This document shows, in pieces, positions 39,124 through 49,329 of a stretch of 64,000 nucleotides of DNA. Every line of letters begins with the position of its first letter. Within the stretch, counting starts at the first letter, position 1. The notes under the pieces were generated by a model. That model worked only from the letters and a program-made list of their open reading frames with translations, was not told the origin of the DNA and did not search any database. The stretch comes from an uncultured Pseudomonadales bacterium. Lineage in GTDB: Bacteria > Patescibacteriota > Microgenomatia > UBA1400 > CAYNFZ01. A program made the translations under genes and the position numbers. The stretch spans positions 2,403 through 66,402 of the forward strand of contig CAYNMS010000002.1 of assembly GCA_964398525.1 (NCBI GenBank), given 5' to 3'.

Positions 39124-39519
39124 TCATTGCCCCAAAAAAGGATTATTTCCAGGCGAAGCTGGTGGTGGGGTTGGGGTTGGGGTGGTGGCGGAGGGGGAGG
39201 CGGTTAGACCGGCTGATGGAGTGGCGGGGGGAAGGGTTGACTGGATGTCTGGATTGGGCAGAGTGGAGGCCCGGAGTTTGAACGCCTCCAACTCTTGACT
39301 GGTAAAAGAAAGGCGATTGCCTAAGGCTCCGGCTTGATCAATGTAGAGCTCGGAAGTTATAGGTTCCACATTTAAAGAAATTTGTTGAGAAGAATCTTGC
39401 TGGTTATAGACCCAAAATATTTCGAATGCGATCCAAATGATGACGACCAAAAAACTGATTAAGGCGAGTTTGAAGAGATTTTGTTTTAATTTTAGTCTCG
39501 GGTGGGAGGATAATTTCAT
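39124..39519 (-). CDS. Small bitopic membrane protein with Pro/Thr-rich C-terminus (possible PilP-like accessory component)
   Basis: 131 aa, single N-terminal TM. ATGA overlap with the upstream PilO-like gene. Confidence 0.4.
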   Translation of the reverse strand: MKLSSHPRLKLKQNLFKLALISFLVVIIWIAFEIFWVYNQQDSSQQISLNVEPITSELYIDQAGALGNRLSFTSQELEAFKLRASTLPNPDIQSTLPPATPSAGLTASPSATTPTPTPPPASPGNNPFLGQ

Positions 39520-40178
39520 AGGTCTGGAGTGGTAACGATTGACTCTTTGGAGTAATAAACGTTAAAGGTAACGGTCATGGAAATGGCAGGATCAACTTCT
39601 TCATCTTCGAGTGAAGGCTGACTGAATGATACTGAATCGATCAAAACAACCCGTTGAAGATTGTTTAGATCAGCTAGCAACTGTTTGAGTTGTGGTAATT
39701 CCCCTTTTGATGTCATGCGGATTAAAAGGCTGGAAAATGGGGAAGCCTCTGCTTCTGGATTGGTGCCTACTAAAGTGAGTGGGTCGATGCGAAGACTCAC
39801 AAGCCGAGTGCTGTGAAGGGAGTTGATGTATTCAAGTTGAAGTAAAAGTTGATCAAGTTGGTGTTCGGGAGGGATGGCTAGATCGAAGTTAAGAAGGGTA
39901 GTTTGGTGTTGATTAAATTGAGCTTGGGCAGTATTTAGGGCATTGAGTTTGGTATCAACTTTTTTTTCTAATTCCTCTTTTTCTTTTATTTCACCCACTA
40001 GGCTGGATACAGTAGAAAGAGTGGGGCGAATCGCGGCAAAACCGAAAAAACTGATTGTTAGAATGGTTAAAATTAAGGCAGATGAGGTTTGGGCAATGGG
40101 TTTATGATAAGCCCGGCGGATTGAATGGTAGTAGCTTTTGTAATTTAACTGATTGGTTTGGTTGAGGGGTTGATACAT
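39516..40178 (-). CDS. PilO-like type IV pilus inner-membrane assembly protein
   Basis: Cytoplasmic N-terminus, one TM, coiled coil, C-terminal LQRVVLIDSVSFS region similar in architecture to PilO. Confidence 0.45.
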   Translation of the reverse strand: MYQPLNQTNQLNYKSYYHSIRRAYHKPIAQTSSALILTILTISFFGFAAIRPTLSTVSSLVGEIKEKEELEKKVDTKLNALNTAQAQFNQHQTTLLNFDLAIPPEHQLDQLLLQLEYINSLHSTRLVSLRIDPLTLVGTNPEAEASPFSSLLIRMTSKGELPQLKQLLADLNNLQRVVLIDSVSFSQPSLEDEEVDPAISMTVTFNVYYSKESIVTTPDL

Positions 40179-40181
40179 GAA

Positions 40182-40784
40182 TTATTCCTCGAATTCAGAG
40201 CTAGATTCTGTTTTTGGTTTGGGAGCGGGGGTGGAGACGCCGGCATATTTAGCGCTAACGATGAAGCTTATACCAGTGTCTTTGTCGCTAGTGTTAATTT
40301 TATCCAAAAGTACATCATCGAACATGGCTTCACCTTTGAGGGTGTCGACGAAAACAGACAGGGACTGAGAAGAGTAGGCTTTGGCGATCATGACAAAGCG
40401 ATCGTTGCGAGTGGAGATATCTTCAAAGACGATATCACTGGGGGTATTTTCTGTCACAAAGTTGACTACTTGAATTAGTTGAGGTTTGTCATCAAGTGTT
40501 TGAAGGAACTCGGCTTTTTTTTGAATGGTGCGTACATTGGTTTCGAGTTGTTGGTATGACTGAAGGAGGGCTTGGTTGGAAAGGATGGAGTTATTGAGGT
40601 CAGTAAGTTTGCGGTCGAGAGTAAAACGAGACAAGAAGGTGATGATGACCACCATTTCGGTAAAAACTACGATATAACGGCCAATGGAAAGAGCCCAGGT
40701 GAGAAATTTGCCTATAGGACTTTCGGCAAAAGGATCCTTGGGGAGAAGGTTGACATCAATGGGTTTTGAGCGTCGGGCAGGCAC
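40182..40784 (-). CDS. PilN-like type IV pilus assembly protein
   Basis: N-terminal KPIDVNLLPKD (INLLP motif), single TM, ~200 aa. Confidence 0.5.
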   Translation of the reverse strand: MPARRSKPIDVNLLPKDPFAESPIGKFLTWALSIGRYIVVFTEMVVIITFLSRFTLDRKLTDLNNSILSNQALLQSYQQLETNVRTIQKKAEFLQTLDDKPQLIQVVNFVTENTPSDIVFEDISTRNDRFVMIAKAYSSQSLSVFVDTLKGEAMFDDVLLDKINTSDKDTGISFIVSAKYAGVSTPAPKPKTESSSEFEE

Positions 40785-40864
40785 TTAGTTTGGCAATAAT
40801 GTCTAATTACCCCAGTTAGGGGCTAATACCAATACCATAGCAGGTTTTGAGGCAAGGAACAATC

Positions 40865-41176
40865 TTAAGACTTGACGGATTTGGTGGGTCGGGAAGTAGC
40901 TTTTTGGGAGGATTTTTTGGGTTTAGCTGAATCAGGACTGGAAGTAGTGGTTAATTTGGATAGGCGAGATTTGATGCGAGCTGCTTTGTGAGGGTGAATA
41001 AGATTTTTTTTAGCACTCCGGTCGATAGCAGAAAAAGCTTCGCTTAAATTTGACTGGTTGGGGTTTTGTTCGATACTTTTGATAGCTAATTTGAATTTGT
41101 CTTTAGTGCGTCGATTGACGAGGGTGCGACGTTGATCTTTTCTGAGAGCTCGTTTGGCTGATGAAGTAATAGGCAT
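40865..41176 (-). CDS. rpsT: 30S ribosomal protein S20 (with basic C-terminal extension)
   Basis: MPITSSAKRALRKDQRRTLVNRRTKDKFKLAIK matches the S20 N-terminus. Confidence 0.75.
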   Translation of the reverse strand: MPITSSAKRALRKDQRRTLVNRRTKDKFKLAIKSIEQNPNQSNLSEAFSAIDRSAKKNLIHPHKAARIKSRLSKLTTTSSPDSAKPKKSSQKATSRPTKSVKS

Positions 41177-41295
41177 AGATGATTAATTTTATTTGATGAC
41201 TTAAAATTGACTGGTAAACCAGGTTTGGATTATATCACCTTAAGATAAATAGGAGAAGGGGTTTGTAAAAAGGTAGGGTAGAAACTAAAGGAATT

Positions 41296-41856
41296 ATGAT
41301 AAAAAATAAAAACTTTGGAATACTTAAGGGTGAAGAATGGTTAGGTGAAAAATTCGTTCAGTGTAGGTTTGAAGGTTTGATGGAAATGTGTGTGTTTGAT
41401 GGGTGTGAGTTTGTTGAGTGTAATTTTTCTGAGGCAAAACTGCAAAATGTGGGACTGCTTGAATGCAAACTGGCTGAAAGTAAATTGGCCTACATTAATT
41501 TTGCTGAGACTTTAATAAAAAGTTGTGAATTTATCAAAGCGATTATGCCGGGTTGTGTCTTTGAAAAATTTGAGTCAGAAAGTAAGACTCAAAGAAAAAG
41601 ACTTAATTTAAAAGGTTGTAGATTTGATCAAACTGATTTAAAGAAAACCTTGTTTATAAAAGCTAATTTGACTGAAGTGAGTTTTAAGGGAGCAAATTTA
41701 GAGAGAGTTGGATTTGAAAACTGTAATTTGAGTGGGGCGGATTTTAGAGAGGCTTTACTGGGTGGAATTAACTTAGTAAACACAACTGTTGATGGAGCAA
41801 AAATAGATGTGGCCGGCTGTATAGCCTTGGCACAAAACCAAGGTTTTAGCTTGTAA
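41296..41856 (+). CDS. Pentapeptide-repeat protein
   Basis: Tandem A(D/N)LxG-type quintets through most of the 186 aa. Confidence 0.65.
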   Translation: MIKNKNFGILKGEEWLGEKFVQCRFEGLMEMCVFDGCEFVECNFSEAKLQNVGLLECKLAESKLAYINFAETLIKSCEFIKAIMPGCVFEKFESESKTQRKRLNLKGCRFDQTDLKKTLFIKANLTEVSFKGANLERVGFENCNLSGADFREALLGGINLVNTTVDGAKIDVAGCIALAQNQGFSL

Positions 41857-41891
41857 AGGAGACAGGTTTAAATCAAAACTGTTATGATGGA

Positions 41892-42431
41892 TTGATGGAA
41901 TGGTGGCCATGGATAATTGTGAGATTATTGGCTCCACTACTGATTTGGAAGTGGCAGTTTGTGGGAGCGTTGGTCGCAATTGTGGCTGACAACCTGGATG
42001 TAGTGGTGTGGGACGTGATGGGAGTGGAGAAGTTGAGCCAATATTACAACCCAATTGATAAAGCTTTGGATATGTGGATTTATTTGGTAGCAGGAATGGT
42101 GGTTTTAACCAAGTGGAAAAACAAGAGAGCAAAAAAAGCAGGAGTAGTGTTGTTGGTTTGGCGGTTGTTGGGGTTTTTAATTTATGAGTTAACCGGATGG
42201 CGTTATCTGCTGTTTATCTTTCCTAATTTGTTTTGGACATTCTTTGTGGTCTATACAGGCTGGATGGCAATGACAAAAAAGGATCCAATAAATTCAAGTA
42301 GGAGGCTTGGACTACTGTTGTTGGTGTTGGCAATACCAAAACTAGCACAGGAATATCTATTTCATGTAGTGGAATTTGATTTATATGGATTATTTAATGA
42401 TGTGGTTGGCTGGGTGGCTAATTTGGTTTAA
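41892..42431 (+). CDS. Hypothetical 5-TM membrane protein
   Basis: 179 aa. Trp-rich hydrophobic segments. Confidence 0.4.
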   Translation: MMEWWPWIIVRLLAPLLIWKWQFVGALVAIVADNLDVVVWDVMGVEKLSQYYNPIDKALDMWIYLVAGMVVLTKWKNKRAKKAGVVLLVWRLLGFLIYELTGWRYLLFIFPNLFWTFFVVYTGWMAMTKKDPINSSRRLGLLLLVLAIPKLAQEYLFHVVEFDLYGLFNDVVGWVANLV

Positions 42432-42443
42432 AAAAGTAGACAT

Positions 42444-42478
42444 AAAAAAACCGGGGCAAAAAGCCCCGGTTTTGTAGT
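42444..42478. terminator. Bidirectional rho-independent terminator between the membrane-protein gene (+) and groEL (-)
   Basis: accggggc-aaaaa-gccccggt perfect 8-bp stem, flanked by an A-tract upstream and T-tract downstream, so it works on both strands. Confidence 0.75.
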
Positions 42479-42490
42479 TTAAATAAACGT

Positions 42491-44122
<1,632 letters not shown>

Positions 44123-44132
44123 CTATTAAAAC

Positions 44133-44447
44133 TTATTTGATGACTGCAAGAATATCTTCAAATTTGAGGAATTGGTATTCAACGTCGTTAATTTTAACGT
44201 CGTTGCCACCCCATTTTTTGTAAACGACTTGGTCGCCTTTTTTGACAGGGGAGGTGATTTTGGCGCCTGACTCGGTTATCCAAGTGTCGCCAACGGCCAA
44301 AACTTGGCCTTGTTGAGGTTTTTCATCGTGAGAATCGGGAAGATAGATACCAGATTCAGTTTTGGTTTCGCTAGAAACCGGTTCAACCAGAACATACCCG
44401 GGCATGGGTGAAAGGTTGGTGGGGGTCATTTTGGTGGACTTAGCCAT
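44133..44447 (-). CDS. groS: Co-chaperonin GroES
   Basis: 104 aa. Mobile loop and β-barrel conserved residues. Confidence 0.9.
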   Translation of the reverse strand: MAKSTKMTPTNLSPMPGYVLVEPVSSETKTESGIYLPDSHDEKPQQGQVLAVGDTWITESGAKITSPVKKGDQVVYKKWGGNDVKINDVEYQFLKFEDILAVIK

Positions 44448-44537
44448 AACTTGACTCCTAAAGATAAATAATTAGTAGTTAATTTAGGCACACTAGTAAA
44501 AATGAAAAGGCAAGCTGACAGCAGACTTATGATAATG

Positions 44538-44564
44538 CTATCACTCAACGGTGTCAAGTGCTAC
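44538..44564. promoter_or_regulatory. Degenerate CIRCE-like inverted repeat upstream of groES
   Basis: ctaTCACTC-N9-aAGTGCTAc (7/9 + 7/9 matches to consensus), ~90 nt upstream of groES, in the intergenic gap. Confidence 0.4.
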
Positions 44565-45191
44565 CTAAGAGGTAAGAGCTTGTTCGGTGTGGGCGGGAAT
44601 GATTGGCGGCAGAGAGGATTCAGAGTGGCCTATGGGAGTGATTTGGGAGAGGAGAACATTTTCGCAGACCAAGCCTTTGGAATCAAAATGAGCATTAAGC
44701 TCGTTTCTGAGCATGTTCTCAACCTGAGGACGTTGGGAGCGAATGTCTGCCAAAGTTAGGCTGAGAAAGGCGTTGCCAATTTTGGAACGGGAAACGGGGC
44801 GGACAATTTTGCTGACAAAATTCTCGCCAACATTTTCCCAAAGTTCTGGAGCTTGGTTTTTGTTGATGCGAAAGTGAATCGAGCCTTCGACTTGGATATC
44901 ATGACCATCTTTGGTGGTGGTTACAATTGATTCATCACCGAGGGCTTCTTTTTGACTTGAATCGAAGTTTTTGTGGATGGTGTATTCGAGAATTTGAGCA
45001 TTAAATAGCTTGGCGATTTGCCAAAAAGGGATTTTGAGGTGTAAACCTGGTCCCCAAGTGTAGGGGAGAACGCCACGACCACGGTCGTAGACACAAGCAA
45101 TATGGCCGGGAGGTACGGAGATAAAAAAGCCCCCAACCACCTCGTCAACTAGAAAACCGACAACTAAACGATCAAATTCCATAAGACACAA
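44565..45191 (-). CDS. SPFH/band-7 domain protein (start uncertain)
   Basis: SPFH-like core (KDGHDIQVEGSIHFRI...). No N-terminal TM in the called ORF. Confidence 0.55.
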   Translation of the reverse strand: MCLMEFDRLVVGFLVDEVVGGFFISVPPGHIACVYDRGRGVLPYTWGPGLHLKIPFWQIAKLFNAQILEYTIHKNFDSSQKEALGDESIVTTTKDGHDIQVEGSIHFRINKNQAPELWENVGENFVSKIVRPVSRSKIGNAFLSLTLADIRSQRPQVENMLRNELNAHFDSKGLVCENVLLSQITPIGHSESSLPPIIPAHTEQALTS

Positions 45192-45258
45192 AAGGGGTGA
45201 TAAGTAATGAAGGGTTGAGAGTATTTTACTTGACTCTTAATAGAATTGCACACAATAT

Positions 45259-45987
45259 CTAGCGAGAAGGCTTAAAGAGAAGCTGAGAAAAGAAACGGGA
45301 GAGGAGGTCGATGACAACAACGATGAAACTAAACCAGAGAGTGGTGATGACGAAAAGTTTTTTTCCAGCGGGGAGAAACATAAAAATAAAGAAAGAGGCG
45401 ATAGGGAGAATAAAAAGATAGCGAATTAAATCTTGGCGGGAAGTGGGGAAAGGGGAGTTGATGAGACTAACGGCTTCGACCATAAAAATGGTGAAGGATT
45501 GAAGGAGGTTTAGGAATAGATTGGTGTGGGTTAAATCAAACCTACCCAAAAAGGTTAAGTTGAAGGGTTGGGCAATAGCGGGCATAAAATCGTAGAGCAA
45601 ATGAAGGTCGGCACCCAAGAGGCCGGTGGTGAAGATACGATAAAGAATGAAGAAAATAATCATTTGAATGGCGAAATTGACCGCTTCGGAGATTAACACA
45701 CGACGATTGGAGCGGAAAATAAGCCTAACGGCTGTTTTTTGCCGATGAGGTTGATTTTCAAATTCATTTTTGGCTTTGAGGATTGATTGTTGGATTTCGT
45801 GACGTTCACTTTTTGAGCGCATACCGGCTAGGGTCAAAGGCAGGAGAAGGATGCGGATAGTTAAAGTAAAAAGAATGACGGCAATGCCCATATCAGCAGA
45901 GATAAAAGGGAGACGCTCGGTTAAATAATAGAAAGCAACCAAGAGGTTGAAGAAAGGCTGGTAAATTAGGGTAGTAAATAGGGGCAT
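45259..45987 (-). CDS. YidC/Oxa1-family membrane insertase, short paralog
   Basis: GIAVILFTLTIRILLLPLT...helix-hairpin...NFAIQMIIFFILYRIF. 242 aa. Confidence 0.65.
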   Translation of the reverse strand: MPLFTTLIYQPFFNLLVAFYYLTERLPFISADMGIAVILFTLTIRILLLPLTLAGMRSKSERHEIQQSILKAKNEFENQPHRQKTAVRLIFRSNRRVLISEAVNFAIQMIIFFILYRIFTTGLLGADLHLLYDFMPAIAQPFNLTFLGRFDLTHTNLFLNLLQSFTIFMVEAVSLINSPFPTSRQDLIRYLFILPIASFFIFMFLPAGKKLFVITTLWFSFIVVVIDLLSRFFSQLLFKPSR

Positions 45988-46017
45988 AAAAACTTAGGTT
46001 GATTGTAACCTAAAAGC

Positions 46018-46542
46018 CTAGGTTTGATTGCTGGGAGTGGAAGCGAGAAGGCGAGTGGTGGAAACTTTGGGATTAAAATAATGAACCACTTCTACCTGAC
46101 CGCCATGTTTAGATAAAATCTCGCGCTTTTTTTGAAGATGAGGGGTGTGAGAAGAAACTGCCAGGACGTGAGGGGAGATGGTTTGAATCAAATTCGAATG
46201 ATCTTTGGGGGAGGAAAAGTGGGAGGGAAGAATAAAGGCAGTGTCAACTGAAGGGTGGTCGAGGACCTGTTGAAGCCGCTGGTGTTGTGGTTGTTTGGGT
46301 CTTTGAGGTCCTTTGAGTTGACGGACGCGCTGGTCAGACTCGATTCCAACTATGAGAAAGTTGCCAATTCGCTTGGCTTTGGTGAGGAATAGTTGGTGTT
46401 CTGCATGAAAAAGGTCGAAAACACCTGTGGCGAGCACAATGACTTGCTTAAGTTGACGGGCATGGTCAAGTTTAGTTTGAACTGGAGGGGGGAGAAGAGA
46501 TTTCATGAAGGTGATTTTAACCGGTGGTAGAAGTGAGGCCAA
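46018..46542 (-). CDS. Cytidylyltransferase-like (HxGH-type nucleotidyltransferase) protein
   Basis: VLATGVFDLFHAEH matches the (T/H)xGH motif with a variant third position. Confidence 0.45.
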   Translation of the reverse strand: MASLLPPVKITFMKSLLPPPVQTKLDHARQLKQVIVLATGVFDLFHAEHQLFLTKAKRIGNFLIVGIESDQRVRQLKGPQRPKQPQHQRLQQVLDHPSVDTAFILPSHFSSPKDHSNLIQTISPHVLAVSSHTPHLQKKREILSKHGGQVEVVHYFNPKVSTTRLLASTPSNQT

Positions 46543-47446
46543 GAGAATGAAGTCGCTTTTGATAGCGAGACATGATTAAGGGGGCAGTTTGCCTTGGGTG
46601 GAAAAATGCACTATAGGTCGTTGTCTCCTCTTGAGTACGGTGTTTGTTCATGTAAATTTGTTGGAATTTATAAGCCAAAAATTCCAGTGGGATAAAAAGC
46701 TGAAAAAAAGGATTGAGGGGTTTAAATGGATGGAAAGGTGTTGGCGGTAGGGGAGAGTGGGGGAGAAAATCAAGCACCCATCGGTTTTGGTGGCGAAAGT
46801 GAGCATCCAGATTGGGTTGGCGTTGCCATAACAGTTGGGCTTGGTGAATTTCATAGGCAGTGTAAAGATTGCGACGATTTGGTGCAAGTTTTAAATGGTG
46901 TGAATCCAGAAAAAGATTGGTACAAAATTTGTTGGTTACTCCCCTGCCTCGAACCGGCATTTCGGGTTTTCTTCTTAAACGCAACACATCTAAGGTTAAA
47001 GTTAAAATCAGTCTGGCGGTCCACATTAGTTTGGGTCTGGTGACGATCATTAAATCAATGTCATCATCGGGATTAGCATTACCTGAGGCGACAGAACCAG
47101 TGAGATAGATAGCCTCAATAAAGGGAAAAACTCTCCCCCACTCCCCTACCCACTTTCGGGTTTTGTTTTGTTTTTTTCGAGAGGCTAGACGGCGAAGGCT
47201 TCTGAGTGAAAAAAGTTGAGATCGACCGGAAAGGGCAAAAAGCTTTTCCGACTCCCCTGCCCCATCGTGGATGACTTGGTTGGATTTGAATAGACGAGAA
47301 ATAGCAAGACTTAGGTCTTTTGGGGAAATTGGGGTAGACGAGATGAGTCGAGAGTGGATTTCGGTTTGAGTGAGGGGATAGTCAAAGATATCGGCATAGG
47401 CGAGAGTTTTGAGGACGGCAACTTCTGAGGGAGACATAGAAAACAA
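46517..47446 (-). CDS. Pol-beta-superfamily nucleotidyltransferase with N-terminal wHTH-like region
   Basis: TGSVASGNANPDDDIDLMIV ([QT]GS-x9-DxD motif). 309 aa. Overlaps the downstream gene by 26 nt. Confidence 0.55.
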   Translation of the reverse strand: MFSMSPSEVAVLKTLAYADIFDYPLTQTEIHSRLISSTPISPKDLSLAISRLFKSNQVIHDGAGESEKLFALSGRSQLFSLRSLRRLASRKKQNKTRKWVGEWGRVFPFIEAIYLTGSVASGNANPDDDIDLMIVTRPKLMWTARLILTLTLDVLRLRRKPEMPVRGRGVTNKFCTNLFLDSHHLKLAPNRRNLYTAYEIHQAQLLWQRQPNLDAHFRHQNRWVLDFLPHSPLPPTPFHPFKPLNPFFQLFIPLEFLAYKFQQIYMNKHRTQEETTTYSAFFHPRQTAPLIMSRYQKRLHSLGLTSTTG

Positions 47447-49297
47447 TCAATTTGCCAACGGTTGGGTTGGTTGACGGTCAGACTGAGGAGTATAGCCGAA
47501 GCGAGTGAGAACCTGAGTGACTCCTTGGGAGGCGGTTTCGAGAGTAGAGTCGGTTTGGGCTCCAGAGTTGAGGTCGTTAATAGCAGTTTGGTAATACTGA
47601 ATGATTAGATCGTTAATGCCGTTATCAAAGGTACGTGAAGCCATGGGAAAACTGACTGCATCAGGGGCTTGTTTGATGTAGGCGCCGACATATGGATCAT
47701 CGAGGAGTTGGGAGGCCATGTCCGGTCTAGGATAAGGTTCCCCAAAAAGGCGTTCCTGGCTGGCAGCATTGTAGAGTTGTTGGAGGACCTCGGGTGAAGA
47801 GAGGTAAGCAAGGAGTTGCCAAGCGGCTTCTTTTTCTTTGGTCGAACTGGCTTTGGATACACCTTCTACCCAGTAAGACGCCCAGGTTACCTGAGTGTCT
47901 GGAAGTTGAGGGAGAGGAACTATGGCAAAATCTAAATTCGGGTTAATGGAGTTGACTTCGTGTGCCCGCCAAGAAGGAGCAATCATCATGGCAGCTTTTT
48001 CGGTGGCGAAAGCGTAAGTTGCCTCTGGAAGAGTTTCGTCCCAAAGGGCATCTTCTTGGCTAAAAAGGGTGTAATACTCTATCGCGTCGATGGCGAAAGG
48101 GTGGTTGGGAGTGGCGGGGGTGGTGCCGTTTTGGAAGATCATAAGACCCAAAATATCGGAAAAGTGATCTATTTTTTCGGTACTGCCTAGCGCAACACCT
48201 GAGCGCTGAATTGTTGGTCCAGTTTTGATAGTAAGCTCGTTGGCAGTAGTGCGGAGTTCGTCCCAGGTGCGGGGAGGAGCCTTGGCAGCGGTCGCAAAAA
48301 TGGTTTTGTTGTAATAAAGACCTAGGCCATCGATCATGAGGGGAATGCCCACAAATGAATCATTGGCGGCTAAGTCGGTGGCGGCTACGGGGTAAAAGTT
48401 GTTTTGAAATTGACTGGAAGTCATGACGGATGAAGGCAGAAGGTCTAGCTCATTACTGAGCATAGTTGCCCAAGTGTTGTGGAAACGGAAGAGATCTGGT
48501 CCGTTGCCTTGTTCAAAAGAGGATTGAAGCCTTTGGCGATAATCCTGAGGTGATTGTTGGGTGTAGTTAACGGTGACACCGTGTGAATCCTCGAACTGAG
48601 AAAGGACATTCTCCAAAACCATAGAAGGCTCCCACAACCCCCAATATTCCAGAGTGACTCCACTAACCGAAGGCAGGGAGGTTGAGTTGGAAGGGTTTGA
48701 AGGAGTGTCCGTTGAGTCGGAAAAGAATAAAAAGTAAGCAGCGGCTCCAGCAGCTGATAAAAGCAAAAGGACAATGACTATCAAAAAGATTTTTAGAATT
48801 GGCTTTTTTTTAGGTGAAGAGGGAGGAGGGTTGGAGTTGATGGTAGGGTTTTCTTGAGGAGGAAGTTGAGGAGATGGTTCAAGAGAAGGTGATGGAGTTG
48901 TAGGTTGGGGTTGAGGTGGAAGTGGGGGTTGGGGTGGCTGGGTTGGAGAAGGGTTGGCAAATGGGGGCGGGGTGGGCAATCCTAGGCTGGGGTCTGGTGT
49001 GGGGTTGGGTGAAGAAGTGGGGTTGGGTGGGGGTGAAGCCTCTGTGAGGCTTGGTGTGGTATTGGGAGAAGGGGGTGGGGTGGGTTGTGGTAAGGGTGAA
49101 ACATTTGCTTGGGTGGATGGAGGTGGGGTGGAAGGCTTGGTTTCGGTTTGAAGTTGAGGTAGGGGTGGAGTGGGGGTGGGGGGTGGGGGTGGGGTAGGAA
49201 TAGATGCAATACCCGGTTCGGATTGAGGATTGGTGGGTGCGTCGGGTCGAGAAGGGGTTTGAGGTGGGGTGGGGCGATTGTTGGGTGAATCAGTCAT
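47447..49297 (-). CDS. ABC-transporter extracellular solute-binding protein (family 1, sugar type) with ~170-aa Pro-rich N-terminal tail and TM anchor; no cognate permease/ATPase adjacent
   Basis: C-terminal 430 aa has a typical SBP fold signature (YYNKTIFA..., periplasmic-binding motifs). N-terminus PPTPTPP... then ILKIFLIVIVLLLLSAAGAAAYFLF. Confidence 0.6.
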   Translation of the reverse strand: MTDSPNNRPTPPQTPSRPDAPTNPQSEPGIASIPTPPPPPTPTPPLPQLQTETKPSTPPPSTQANVSPLPQPTPPPSPNTTPSLTEASPPPNPTSSPNPTPDPSLGLPTPPPFANPSPTQPPQPPLPPQPQPTTPSPSLEPSPQLPPQENPTINSNPPPSSPKKKPILKIFLIVIVLLLLSAAGAAAYFLFFSDSTDTPSNPSNSTSLPSVSGVTLEYWGLWEPSMVLENVLSQFEDSHGVTVNYTQQSPQDYRQRLQSSFEQGNGPDLFRFHNTWATMLSNELDLLPSSVMTSSQFQNNFYPVAATDLAANDSFVGIPLMIDGLGLYYNKTIFATAAKAPPRTWDELRTTANELTIKTGPTIQRSGVALGSTEKIDHFSDILGLMIFQNGTTPATPNHPFAIDAIEYYTLFSQEDALWDETLPEATYAFATEKAAMMIAPSWRAHEVNSINPNLDFAIVPLPQLPDTQVTWASYWVEGVSKASSTKEKEAAWQLLAYLSSPEVLQQLYNAASQERLFGEPYPRPDMASQLLDDPYVGAYIKQAPDAVSFPMASRTFDNGINDLIIQYYQTAINDLNSGAQTDSTLETASQGVTQVLTRFGYTPQSDRQPTQPLAN

Positions 49298-49329
49298 GTT
49301 GGACAGGAACTACTTTTCTCTGGTAGGTT

